This document shows positions 30,249 to 40,660 of a stretch of 64,000 bases of DNA, one piece after another. The number at the start of each line of letters is the position of its first letter. Positions within the stretch are counted from its first letter, which is position 1. The stretch comes from a virus (taxonomy: Duplodnaviria; Caudoviricetes). The notes under the pieces are model-generated. The model was not told the origin of the DNA. It searched no databases and worked only from the letters and a program-made list of their open reading frames with translations. Location: the IMG/VR virus record IMGVR_UViG_2574180309_000001, positions 8,867 through 72,866 of that record; one strand, written 5' to 3'. Made by a program: the position numbers and the translations under genes.

Positions 30249-30980
30249 ATGAAACAATTACAAAAGCAAGCGGAAGTACAGTTTTTAAAAGAAAGAGAAC
30301 TAACAAAGTTACCGTTTCGTTTATCAAATCTGCAATTCTTTTCTGATCCTGCAATACCTGCAGATGAGACACTACAGAATGAACAAACATCACCTGCGGA
30401 TGATATAAAAGATTCACTAGTTGAAGAGCAAAAAGAACCGCCAGTTGGTGAACAAAAAGAACCGAAATTAGATGATGCAACAAAAACATTTATTGAGAAG
30501 ATGGTACAATCAGCGGAAGATAGAGTGCGCTCTAAATATTCGAAAGAACTGAATGCAACAAAAAAGGAATTAGAGAACTATAAAACCGCTTCTATGACTG
30601 CACAAGAGAAAGCTGAATATGAGATGAAGCAACTTCAGGAACAACTAGAAGAGCGAGAAAGGGTACTTCATCAGAAAGAAATGCAGAGTGTTGCATCAGA
30701 TGGTTTATCAGCGGTTGGATTGGATCTTAAATTTGTAGATTTTGTTATTGGTTCAGATGTAGAAGATACAAAAGTTAGGGTGTCAAAGTTTAATGATTTA
30801 TTCTCTACTGCATTAGAAGTAAAAGTGGCTGAAAAGTTTAAAGCTGCTGGCCGAGAAATCCATGTTAGTGGCGGAACTGGAGGGGGATTTACGAGAGAAC
30901 AAGTAAATTCAATGAGTCAAGCTGAAATTAATGCGAACTGGCCACAAATTCAGAAGGATATGCGCAATTGGGGTAAGTAG
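30249..30980 (+). CDS. Capsid scaffolding protein (DUF4355-like)
   Basis: LQFFS motif, acidic coiled coil, precedes the capsid gene. Confidence 0.8.
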   Translation: MKQLQKQAEVQFLKERELTKLPFRLSNLQFFSDPAIPADETLQNEQTSPADDIKDSLVEEQKEPPVGEQKEPKLDDATKTFIEKMVQSAEDRVRSKYSKELNATKKELENYKTASMTAQEKAEYEMKQLQEQLEERERVLHQKEMQSVASDGLSAVGLDLKFVDFVIGSDVEDTKVRVSKFNDLFSTALEVKVAEKFKAAGREIHVSGGTGGGFTREQVNSMSQAEINANWPQIQKDMRNWGK

Positions 30981-31097
30981 CACTAGGAAAGTTAAGTGAT
31001 TTGAATAGTACAGTCAAAAAAATATAAAAGGAACAAAAGAGATTGCTAGTTTAGTAATCTCTTTAGTTATGGAAAAACATTAAGGAGGAATTAATAT

Positions 31098-31943
31098 ATG
31101 TCAGTATCAACTTTTATTCCAACAATTTGGGAAGCGCGCTTGATGGCGAACTTTCACAAGCGTTCTATTGCGGATTTAATTACAACAACGCCAACGAAAA
31201 TCGAAGGTAATAAGATTATCTTTAATCGTGTAGGCGCAGTAAATGTAAAAGATTATAATGGTACAATCGAATGGGATGATACCAACCCTTCTAAAGTAGA
31301 AATTAATATGGATCAACAAAAGTATTTTGCTTTCAAAGTTGATGATGTAGATGCAGTTCAGGCTGCTGGAGATTTAATCGACCCACATACACAAGAGGCA
31401 GGAGCGGTACTTCAGGAAACCGTTGATACATTCGTATTAGGGCTTTATAAAGGCGCTCATAAAACTCATACAATTGGGAGTGACTCTAGTCCAATTGAGT
31501 TATCACCTAAAAATGCATATGATTACGTTGTAGACTTAAATACGATTTTAAATATTAAAAAGGTTCCTAAAACTGAACGATTCACAATCATCAATTCTCA
31601 GGTTTTAGGTTTATTATCTAAAGATGATCGCTTTACTAAGCAACCTGTTGTTTTAGAAAATGGTATTGTTGAAGGACAGATTATTAATGGATCACAAATC
31701 GTTGTATCAGAAGAAATTCACGGTACTGGTGGTAAGTATAAAATTTTAGGTCTTCATAAGTCTGCCATTGGATACGGGACACAGTTAACTGAAACAGAGG
31801 CACAACGTCTGCAAAATTCCTTTGCAGATGGTATTCGTGGTCTTATGGTTTATGGTGGAGATATCCTTCGTCAAGAGTCAATAGCGGTACTTACAGCTAC
31901 AGTTACATCAATTACTCCGGAAAAACCAGGTGGAGGGGCTTAA
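31098..31943 (+). CDS. Major capsid protein
   Basis: FIPTIW, IDQ/MDQQKYFAFKVDDVD, FADGIRGLMVYG. Confidence 0.88.
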   Translation: MSVSTFIPTIWEARLMANFHKRSIADLITTTPTKIEGNKIIFNRVGAVNVKDYNGTIEWDDTNPSKVEINMDQQKYFAFKVDDVDAVQAAGDLIDPHTQEAGAVLQETVDTFVLGLYKGAHKTHTIGSDSSPIELSPKNAYDYVVDLNTILNIKKVPKTERFTIINSQVLGLLSKDDRFTKQPVVLENGIVEGQIINGSQIVVSEEIHGTGGKYKILGLHKSAIGYGTQLTETEAQRLQNSFADGIRGLMVYGGDILRQESIAVLTATVTSITPEKPGGGA

Positions 31944-31986
31944 TAAGCCTTCTCCATTTTTTTCTTTTACGTAAGTAGGTGATTAG

Positions 31987-32298
31987 ATGGAAGATATGAA
32001 AGCAGAAATTTTAAAACGTGTAAAACTGCAAGTACCTAATATAAGTGATGAAAATTTATTAATAAGCATTGAAGATACAATGTTAATGGTTGCTCAGTAC
32101 ACCAATAGAACTATTCCTGAATTCCCTCCTGCTTATATTGGTATCATCGCTAAAATGGTGGTTCATCAGTATATGGAGCAAGAGAGAGAAGGAAAGAAAA
32201 GTGAATCGTTAGGTAACTATTCTGTTACTTATGATGATGTGGTAGATTATCCAGCAAGCGTCACGAAGGGGCTGAAAGTGAGGTTACGTGTTCTATGA
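31987..32298 (+). CDS. Head-tail connector (SPP1 gp15-like)
   Basis: EGKKSESLGNYSVTY motif. Confidence 0.8.
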   Translation: MEDMKAEILKRVKLQVPNISDENLLISIEDTMLMVAQYTNRTIPEFPPAYIGIIAKMVVHQYMEQEREGKKSESLGNYSVTYDDVVDYPASVTKGLKVRLRVL

Positions 32299-32639
32299 TT
32301 CAGTCAATGATACGCAAGTTTGGAAAAGATGCTACAGTACTTCGTAACGCTGGTTCTGATGATGGACCATATCCAACAGAAGAATGGAAAGAAATCAATA
32401 CTGTTAAAGGTGTATTGGATGCTATCCAAGGGACAAAGGATGCTCGCAATAAGAAAGTAGAAGAGAAAAGCACACATTTCTTTTACTGCATGCTTTTCGA
32501 CGTAACTATTCAAGATAGATTAGTTATCGATAAGAAGGTATACAGCGTTACTTATCCGGGCGATCCAATGAATGCGGGTAGATTCTTTCAAATAGAATTG
32601 GAGATGTTGCCATATGAGCGTGAAATTCCAATCCAATAG
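32295..32639 (+). CDS. Head closure protein
   Basis: Synteny, size, YSVTYPGDPM motif. Confidence 0.7.
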   Translation: MIQSMIRKFGKDATVLRNAGSDDGPYPTEEWKEINTVKGVLDAIQGTKDARNKKVEEKSTHFFYCMLFDVTIQDRLVIDKKVYSVTYPGDPMNAGRFFQIELEMLPYEREIPIQ

Positions 32640-33021
32640 AGCCGCTGTTATGGCGAGACATTTGGCTGCAAAGAAAGCAGCTCATACTGCTATTGGTCAA
32701 TTTGTATCTTCTAAAGCTAAATTACTTGCTGCTGTAGACACTGGCAATCTAAGAAGAAGCATTAGTTCTAAAGCAGAGCAAGAAAAAGTTGTTATCGGTA
32801 CTTCTGCTGATCATGGAATTTATGTTGAGAAAGGAACAGGAATTTATGCTGTAGACGGTGATGGGCGTAAAACTCCTTGGATGTACCGTGACCCTAAAAC
32901 AGGGAAGATGGTTAAAACTCAAGGGCAACATGCACAGCCTTTTCTTAGACCAGCAGCAGAGAGCAATAAACCGCAAATTACACAAGTTGGCACGCGAACC
33001 TATTCGTCGTTAATGAGGTAG
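32614..33021 (+). CDS. HK97 gp10-family protein
   Basis: VDTGNLRRSI, YVEKGTG, AQPFLRPA. Confidence 0.85.
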   Translation: MSVKFQSNRAAVMARHLAAKKAAHTAIGQFVSSKAKLLAAVDTGNLRRSISSKAEQEKVVIGTSADHGIYVEKGTGIYAVDGDGRKTPWMYRDPKTGKMVKTQGQHAQPFLRPAAESNKPQITQVGTRTYSSLMR

Positions 33022-33026
33022 ATAGC

Positions 33027-33389
33027 ATGAATGACTTTATAAATATATTACACAGTGAATTAAAACAGATTCATAAAGAAACGTATTATGAAATCGCTAA
33101 AACAACGGCTGAAATGCCTTATCTGGTATTCACGGTAAATGATGACAAAGAACCATGGGGACGAAAGAATATCATGCTTACAATTGATATTTACGGCACT
33201 TCCGCTCATCTTAGTAAAATAGATGAACTGATTATGAAGCTAGAAAACAATCTTCATAGAAAAAGGTTAAGCAGTGCTGAATTTGGTGCTGCTATTTCTT
33301 ATCTTTCGAGTCAGAAAGTACCTGATCCAGACCCGAATATCAGACGTAAAGAAGTGAGGTTCATTTTAAGAACTTATTTTAAACAATAG
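33027..33389 (+). CDS. Tail terminator/completion protein
   Basis: MPYLVF, IDIYG; synteny. Confidence 0.7.
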   Translation: MNDFINILHSELKQIHKETYYEIAKTTAEMPYLVFTVNDDKEPWGRKNIMLTIDIYGTSAHLSKIDELIMKLENNLHRKRLSSAEFGAAISYLSSQKVPDPDPNIRRKEVRFILRTYFKQ

Positions 33390-33403
33390 AAAGGGTTGAT
33401 TAT

Positions 33404-33997
33404 ATGGCAGCTCCACAACCAAAACCAGAGAATGTCCTATTCGGAGATTGGGGTGCATTCTTCTTTAATTATGGAGAAAAAGACGAACTACCTGTAGGTG
33501 CTACACAAGGCGGTGGCTCATTTAAATACGAACCAGAGTTTAAAGAAATTGAATATGATGGTTCTCCTGGTGACACTATGGGGATGAAACGTATTACAAA
33601 ATCAAAAACTCAAATTAGTTTTAAGACACTTGAATTTTTGGATAAAGAAAAAATCAAAAACTTTATTGCTGGTTTAAAAGTATCAGAAGAGACTGTTACA
33701 AAAGACGGGAAAACAATTAAGTACGACGTGATCGAAGCTACAGAACGTCTAACAAAAGATAGCTATCTTAAAAACGTAGCATGGGTTGGCGAAACTTTAG
33801 GTGGAGATATCGTTGAAATTATCGTATATAACGCATTATCTGACGGTTCATTAGAGCTAGGATTTGAAAACGAAAGTGAAGTTGTTCCAGAAGTGACATT
33901 CACAGGACATCGTGATCCAGAAAACATTCGAAAAGTACCATGGAAAAAACGTATTTTAACAGCAACAGAAGCAGCTAAATTAATACCAGCAGGTTAA
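33404..33997 (+). CDS. Major tail protein
   Basis: GATQGG motif, 197 aa, followed by terminator and chaperones. Confidence 0.8.
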   Translation: MAAPQPKPENVLFGDWGAFFFNYGEKDELPVGATQGGGSFKYEPEFKEIEYDGSPGDTMGMKRITKSKTQISFKTLEFLDKEKIKNFIAGLKVSEETVTKDGKTIKYDVIEATERLTKDSYLKNVAWVGETLGGDIVEIIVYNALSDGSLELGFENESEVVPEVTFTGHRDPENIRKVPWKKRILTATEAAKLIPAG

Positions 33998-34043
33998 AGA
34001 GTAGGGATAATCCCTGCTCTTTTTATTTTAAGGAGGAATAAAT

Positions 34044-34472
34044 ATGACTATTGCAATTCAAGAAAAAGAATATAAAGTGAGACAAATTCATGGTGGAGAT
34101 TTATTTTCTGTAGTTCGTATTTTGAAGAAATCGAAATTCAAGGTTGATATTAATTTACTTAAAGATTTAATGATGGGCGTACGAAATAAAGAAGGAGCAA
34201 CTCAAGCTGATGTATTAGCTGCCCAAGAGACTTTCGGGTATGACATTATCATGAAGTTTATCTTCGGATTAGAAGAAGCAGAACAGGAATTTTTTGAGTT
34301 TGTAGCCGGACTTTTAGTTCATGAAGATGAAGGTGGCAAAAAAACATCACCAGGTTGGGAAACGATTCGAACTTTAAATCTAGAAGAGTTGGTTCGATTA
34401 TTTATTGCAATTAAAGATTCAGAAGTTGGGCTGGTTAAGCTTTTTTCCAATGCGGTGAACTTGATGAAATAG
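34044..34472 (+). CDS. Tail assembly chaperone (gpG-like)
   Basis: Between tail tube and tape measure genes; U6 run near 3' end. Confidence 0.75.
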   Translation: MTIAIQEKEYKVRQIHGGDLFSVVRILKKSKFKVDINLLKDLMMGVRNKEGATQADVLAAQETFGYDIIMKFIFGLEEAEQEFFEFVAGLLVHEDEGGKKTSPGWETIRTLNLEELVRLFIAIKDSEVGLVKLFSNAVNLMK

Positions 34473-34783
34473 ACTTCATCGATACGTTAGCTTCTCGCTA
34501 TCCAAATATGGAGTATATAAGGAGTTTGGATGCAGAGATAGTTATTAACTTGTATCTCACCGCAAAGAAGAAACAGATGGACCGCATGTTATGGGAGGAA
34601 TGGTGCGCCCTGCAACCGTACTGCGATGAAACATTTCCTCAATTTAAACATAAGCGCGAAAATCCAACGCAAGAACAGGTACAACAATACAACGATTCAA
34701 TCGAACAAACACCGAAGCAGAAACTTACAAAAGAAGAAGTGTTTGCTCGAGTTGCAAAAATCCGCGGAAAGGCGGGTGAATAG
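34448..34783 (+). CDS. Tail assembly chaperone extension (gpT-like, via -1 frameshift)
   Basis: -1 frame is open from the T6 run (34441-34446) into ORF 34508-34783. Confidence 0.65.
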   Translation, partial: QCGELDEIDFIDTLASRYPNMEYIRSLDAEIVINLYLTAKKKQMDRMLWEEWCALQPYCDETFPQFKHKRENPTQEQVQQYNDSIEQTPKQKLTKEEVFARVAKIRGKAGE

Positions 34784-37700
34784 ATGGAATTATTTAAGAT
34801 GTTCGGTTCAATCTTCTTAAAAGACGATCAGTTACAAAGAGGATTGGCTAATGCAGAAAGAAGCGGGCAAAGGACCACAGGTATCTTAGGTCGTGGATTT
34901 GGTCAAGTTGGCGCTGCGGCAGCTGGTTTAGGTTCTTCTGTTGGTGGAGCGGCTATAGCTATGGGTGGATTAGTCGGCATTGCTGTCGGTGTGGGTGCCG
35001 CAGTTGCTGGTATAGTTCATGTTGGTTCTGAGTACACGAAACAAATGTCAAAGGTAGAAGCTCTTTCGCGTTCGAACGGACTACAAATGGCTGAGCTTGG
35101 AGCTAACGCTCGTAAACTTGGTGCTGATACTAGATGGTCTGCTACCAATGTAGCTGAAGCCTATGAGTATATGGCTTTAGCTGGTTGGGATTCTAACCAA
35201 ATGATTGCAGCTAGTAAACCACTACTTGACTTAGCGACTGCTGGTGCTTTAGACCTTGCGAAAGCTTCTGATATCGTTACGGATACGATGACTCCATTTG
35301 GCATGAAAGCTTCTGAAGCAGGGCGAGCTGCTGACGTATTCGCACTAGCCCAAGCGACTGCCAATTTAAATGTTGAGCAGCTGGGCGAGACTATGAAATA
35401 TGCAGCTCCTGTAGCTGCTACATTCGGTTTAAACATCGAACAAACAGCTGCGATTGCTCAGATATTTGCGAATAACGGTATCAAAGCTTCTATGGCTGGT
35501 ACTGCATTACGTGCTGGGTTATCTCGATTAGCCGCACCGCCAAAAGAAGCAGCTAAATCATTATCAGCATTAAATGTAACAGTTAAAGATTCACAAGGTA
35601 ACTTGAAACCGATGAATGAAATCATCGGGCAATTACACGATGGGTTTGGGAAGTTAACTGATGCTCAACAAATCGCTGCTGCAAAAGCAATCTTCGGTGA
35701 AGAAGCCTATGCAGGATGGATTCAAGTTATTAAGGGTGGTAAACCTGCCTTTGATGATATGGTAAATACCCTCGAAACTGCTGAAGGTTCTGCGAAAGTT
35801 ATGGCTGAAACAATGGCAAATAACTTATCAGGTGCAGTTGATGGCGTTAAATCACAATTGGAAAATTTAGGGCTTGTTGTTTTTTCGCACGTTGAACCGG
35901 CGCTTGTCGCGATGACAAATGGAACAAACAATGCTGTTAAATCTCTTACCAACTGGCTCGATCCATCTGGACGTGCCGTTGAAGCAGCTAAATTAATGCA
36001 ACAAACTGATCAGCAGTTAGCTCAATCTAAAGCTGTTCTTGATATGAATCTTAAAAAAGGGAAAATAACGCAAGAAGAGTATAACGAAAAGTTAGCTCTA
36101 TCTAAGAAACATGCCGAAGATATGATGAACGCTGATGGTATGTTAGCTCAGAAAAAAGAAGAGTTAAAAATGAAGATTGAAGAAGGGAAAATGACTCAAG
36201 AAGAAGCCAACAAGATCCTCGACCAATCTGAAGTTGAATACCAGAAACTCCAACAGGGTATTGATCAAACTCGTCAACGTCAAGAAGCGATGAATAAAGT
36301 ATTCGAACCACTTCGTGATGCAATTGGAATCATCCAACAAGTTGGAGCTGCTATCGAGCAATTCTGGATTGCTGCAACTGGAGATAGAAATGCACTAGTT
36401 GAAGGGTATGACATCCTTACTAAACTAGGTTTTTCAGCTAATGCAATTCAGTTTATACAAGAAACTACAGCAGCAGTACAATACGGTGTAGAAACTATGA
36501 AAGCCCTCGTATCTGGTGATTGGGGAGCTGCTAGTAATTTCTTAGACAAGTTAGGTTTTTCACCTGAGCAAAAAGCAGATATTATTATGTTCGTTCAGGA
36601 TGTGCAGGCTCAATTGAGTAGCTTCATAGAAAATGTACAATCTCTAATCTCAGCTGCCGCTCCAGTAATTATGGGAATCATCGGTGCTACTTGGGATTTT
36701 ATTAAGAGTGTATTTAATACCATAGCCCCATACTTAATGCCTTTGCTAACAGATGTGATGTCGTTTGTGAACGGAATTATAGAAAAGATTGCGGCGTTTT
36801 GGAAAGAAAACGGAGATCAAATTGTTCAAGCTGTAAAAAATGCATTCGATATTATAAAGAGCATTATTGAATTTGTAATGCCTATTGTTCTATTCATCAT
36901 TGAAGATGTGTGGGGAAACATAAAAGGTGTTATAAATGGGGCCTTAGATATCATCTTAGGGACAATTAAATTGTTTTCTTCCTTACTAACTGGTGATTGG
37001 ACTGGTGTATGGGAAGCGATTAAACAGATTTTATCAGGGGCTTGGGAATTCATTTGGAATTTCATTCAAATATGGGGAGTTGGAAAGGTACTTGGCATCA
37101 TCGGCAAAATAGGCAGCAAAATGAAAGGACTGTTTGGAGAAGCTTGGGAAGGTGTAAAGAAAGTATTTTCTGACATGTTCGAGGGGATTTTTAAAAGTTC
37201 AGGGGACACCCTTACAGTGATAAAAGAAGTGTTCGGAAAAGTGAAAGATGCAATCGCAACCCCATTTAAAAATGCTTGGGAAGGCGTTATGGAATGGATT
37301 GATAAAATTAAAAAAGGTGTTTCAAATATGTTTAGTGGTGTGCATATACCAGTTCCGAAAATTAGTGTGAACGGTTCGTTAAACCCTGTTAATTGGGCGA
37401 GTGAGGGTCTGCCATCTTTCGACGTTAAATGGGCTGCGAATGGAGCTTTAATTAAGCCTGGTAATCCTACATTAATCGGGGTTAAATCTAGCCCGGTTGT
37501 TGAGAAATCAGCAGCATAAAACATCGTGTGAATTCGGGGAAACCTAAGTTTTATCAATAATTCAGGTATGGTATAATATGGGAGAGAGATAGATTCGGAT
37601 TAGCTACCCGAGTCGAAAGAAGGTACCGACACCTTTTCTCTCATTTGAAAATTAAATAGTCGGATAAAAAAACTCTGTCGGAGGGTTATTCGTTATGACT

Positions 37701-39166
37701 AAAAGAGTTAGATGTTTAGAAGACGCTATTTCTTTTGTTAATGAAAATAGCGATTGTACATTGTTTTCGAATGAATATGCAGGCAACCGTGCAAAGATGA
37801 AATTCAAATGCAGGTGTGGTTCTGAATTCACAACTGACTTCAATCAATTCAGGAAAGGAAAACGACAGTGCAATAAGTGTGGTCTCAATAGATGTAATCA
37901 AGATAAGATATTCACTTATAGCCAGATCAAAGCCTTTGTTGAATTAGAAAGTGATAGTGGTTGCACTTTGATTAGCGACAAGTACCAAAATTGCAAAACA
38001 CCTATTAATGTTAAATGTAGGTGTGGAAACGAATTTGTTACTACATTCGATTCTTTTAAAAATAGCGGTAAAAGAAGATGTAATTTTTGTTCCAATAGAA
38101 ATACTGGGAAAACAGCAACCTTGTTAGCCAAAAGAAGAACTAAATCTGAAGGGCCACACAATAAATCTAACCATGAAGAATTTGTTTCGAGAATGTATGC
38201 TCTATTAAAAGATGAGTATACTGTACTTGGTCAATATACAACAGCGAGAGATAAGATTCTCGTGAAACATAACATTTGTGGTCATGAATATCATGTAGCG
38301 CCAGATAAGATTTTAAATCAAAATAGACGTTGCCCAAATTGCAGCGACTGCCGTTCATCAAAAGCTAGTAAAGAAATTGAAAAATGGCTAACTGAAAATG
38401 ACGTTCTATTCGAAAAAGAATACAAGTTCCCTGACTGTAAATATCAAAGGAAACTAGCTTTCGATTTCGCTGTTTTAGATTCAAATGAACATGTTAAATG
38501 TTTAATTGAATATGACGGAGAACAACACTTCAGACCTTTCCAGTTTATTAGGAACAAAAATACAAGAAATGCTAAATTCCGAGATTCTAAGAAAAGGGAT
38601 GCAATAAAAAATGCATATTGTAAAAGAAATAACATCCCGTTGATTAGAATTTCTTACTTAGAACAAGACATATTAAAACCAATACTTGAATTAAAGGTAG
38701 GCACTCTATTATGAGTGTCTTTTTTGTTGATAAAATATGGCAATCCCGAGCCAAGCCTGTGCGGAAACGACAGGAAGGTGTAGAGACTAGGTAGAGTAAC
38801 CTAAGTGAGAATATGGTGAAATACCCAAGAGCGCACGACACCCGAACCCGAAGAATAGGTGATGATATAGTCCGATACTCCAGCGAAAGCTGGAGAGTTA
38901 AGGATAAAGAGCCTTAACATAACAAATGTGGTGACGCAAGAGGATACGATGAAACGGTTTTACCTTTACGTAAGCAAACCTTTGACGCGATTGCGAATGG
39001 AATTATGGGTTCATTACCATTAAATCAACAGCAAGGGGCCAAATATGCATCACAAGGTCCAACTGTTTTACAAATTAATTTGAACGGAAGAGAAATAGCG
39101 AAGGAAATTTACTCAGATGTCAATGAATTTCAAGAACGCGAGAAAGAAAGAATCAAAGTATTTTAG
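34784..39166 (+). CDS. Tape measure protein, spliced: exon 1 34784-37482, exon 2 38929-39166 (978 aa)
   Basis: TP901-type core, Trp-spaced repeats; joining gives ...PTLIG-VGDARGYDETVLPL...ERIKVF*. Confidence 0.88.
37483..38928 (+). mobile_element. Group I intron with homing endonuclease gene
   Basis: 5' exon ends in U37482 paired with G37491 in P1; core elements GAATTCGGGGAA, AATCCCGAGCCAAG, GTAGAGACTA, ATATAGTCC (P7 GACTA/TAGTC); terminal G38928. Confidence 0.9.
37695..38714 (+). CDS. Intron-encoded homing endonuclease (Zn-ribbon repeats + Vsr/DUF2726-like nuclease)
   Basis: Three CxCG/HxxCG...CxxC modules; FDF...IEYDGEQH...D.IK...IPLIRISY. Confidence 0.8.
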   Translation: MTKRVRCLEDAISFVNENSDCTLFSNEYAGNRAKMKFKCRCGSEFTTDFNQFRKGKRQCNKCGLNRCNQDKIFTYSQIKAFVELESDSGCTLISDKYQNCKTPINVKCRCGNEFVTTFDSFKNSGKRRCNFCSNRNTGKTATLLAKRRTKSEGPHNKSNHEEFVSRMYALLKDEYTVLGQYTTARDKILVKHNICGHEYHVAPDKILNQNRRCPNCSDCRSSKASKEIEKWLTENDVLFEKEYKFPDCKYQRKLAFDFAVLDSNEHVKCLIEYDGEQHFRPFQFIRNKNTRNAKFRDSKKRDAIKNAYCKRNNIPLIRISYLEQDILKPILELKVGTLL

Positions 39167-39178
39167 GTAGGTGATGAT

Positions 39179-40660
39179 ATGGCGGGAATTGGCTTCTTTA
39201 GTTTTAACGGTAAAAGGAATCCAAATGTAATTCCACTGCAGGGTAAAAAGCGCCCTGCATGGGCTCCTTTGGATCATATGTTTCTTGAAGTCCCGCATTA
39301 TCCAGGAGGTAGGTTACTACGCACACAAACTAAAATGAGAAAAATTTTAGTTCCTATTGCACTATTATATGATTCAGCTGAAGAAGCTGAAAAACTAAAA
39401 GAAGAAATAGCAGATTGGCTCGTTACGGATCAACCGTGCGAGCTTATTTTTGATGATGAAAAAGATCGTACGTTTTTAGCTGTCGTAGATGAAACTTTAG
39501 ATTTAGACCAGTTAGTTGATCTCGGTGAAGGTACTTTAACTTTCATTTGTCCAATGCCATATAAGCTAGGAAAAGGGCAAACGGTTGACTTTAAAAAAGA
39601 TGTTAGTGGGTTAGTTGCTAATGTCCAAAATAAAGGAACTGTTCATTCTAACCCTATCATTGAGATTGATATTACGAAACCAAACACTTTTTTAGATGTA
39701 TGGTTCGGCGGGGTATCCTTAAGTGATCGAGATTATTTTCGTATCGGTATGCCACTAAAAACTGTGGAAAAGCCTGTAGAAAGGAATCAACGAATAGTAT
39801 GGGATGAAATGGCCACTACGGTCGGATGGAGTAAAGTCAGCTCAATGGAAGATGGGGAACCGGTTGGTGAAATGAAATCAGATAAATATCAATTTTATTG
39901 TTCTGACTTTGGTACTGCGGGTAAAGGTTGGCACGGCGCAGCCGTTAAAAAAAGTATCCCTGGCGGTCCAGTACAAGACTTTATTATGCAAGCCTACGTT
40001 ACATGTAAGAGTAAAAAAATCAATGAAATGGGACGAGTTGAGATAGCGATACTGGATGAAAATAGCAAGGTACTTTCAAAAATTGCTATGAACGATCTCT
40101 TTTGGCAAGCTGAACAAAATTTCGGGACAATGGTAATTGGATATGACAATAAGCCAGGGAAAATAGGTTTAATTTATGAGAGTGGCGATTATCCGAATAC
40201 ATGGAATCAGTATTTTGGTCGATTGTGGATAGCTAGGACAGGAAATGTATGGGAAGCGTATATTTCAAAATTCCTTCCAGGTACAGAAAAAGATGATTCA
40301 GAACGATTTGCACGTTGGACCGATGAAAAAAACTATCATATGGAAAAAGCAGCACAAATTCAGATTAGCATCATGCAGTTTCAAGACGTTCCACCAGTAG
40401 AAGCAATGTCAGTTAGTGGTTTGAAGTTTTGGAAAGTGAATTTAAATACGAAAAATACACCGCCTTATATAGTAGATGTTGGTGATAAAGTCGTGATCGA
40501 CACAGAAAACAGTCATGTAACAATTGAAGGAAAGAATGCGATTAACATTAAGGACATTTTCAGTAATTTCCCTGTTATCAATAGAGGCACTAATAAACTT
40601 GAAATCATGCCTTCTGATATCGGAACAGCAAGGGTCAAATATAGGGAGCGATTTAGATGA
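39179..40660 (+). CDS. Distal tail protein Dit (evolved, with inserted domain)
   Basis: LIFDDEKDRTF, LTFICPMPY, YRERF end; 493 aa. Confidence 0.85.
   Translation: MAGIGFFSFNGKRNPNVIPLQGKKRPAWAPLDHMFLEVPHYPGGRLLRTQTKMRKILVPIALLYDSAEEAEKLKEEIADWLVTDQPCELIFDDEKDRTFLAVVDETLDLDQLVDLGEGTLTFICPMPYKLGKGQTVDFKKDVSGLVANVQNKGTVHSNPIIEIDITKPNTFLDVWFGGVSLSDRDYFRIGMPLKTVEKPVERNQRIVWDEMATTVGWSKVSSMEDGEPVGEMKSDKYQFYCSDFGTAGKGWHGAAVKKSIPGGPVQDFIMQAYVTCKSKKINEMGRVEIAILDENSKVLSKIAMNDLFWQAEQNFGTMVIGYDNKPGKIGLIYESGDYPNTWNQYFGRLWIARTGNVWEAYISKFLPGTEKDDSERFARWTDEKNYHMEKAAQIQISIMQFQDVPPVEAMSVSGLKFWKVNLNTKNTPPYIVDVGDKVVIDTENSHVTIEGKNAINIKDIFSNFPVINRGTNKLEIMPSDIGTARVKYRERFR

Noticed and set aside
31915-31943. Capsid C-terminus EKPGGGA resembling an arbitrium peptide
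   Set aside because: No secretion signal and differs from this phage's DPGTG peptide; probably a coincidental low-complexity tail.
34784-37519. Tape measure gene as a truncated pseudogene
   Set aside because: The stop at 37519 lies inside a group I intron; splicing restores the frame.
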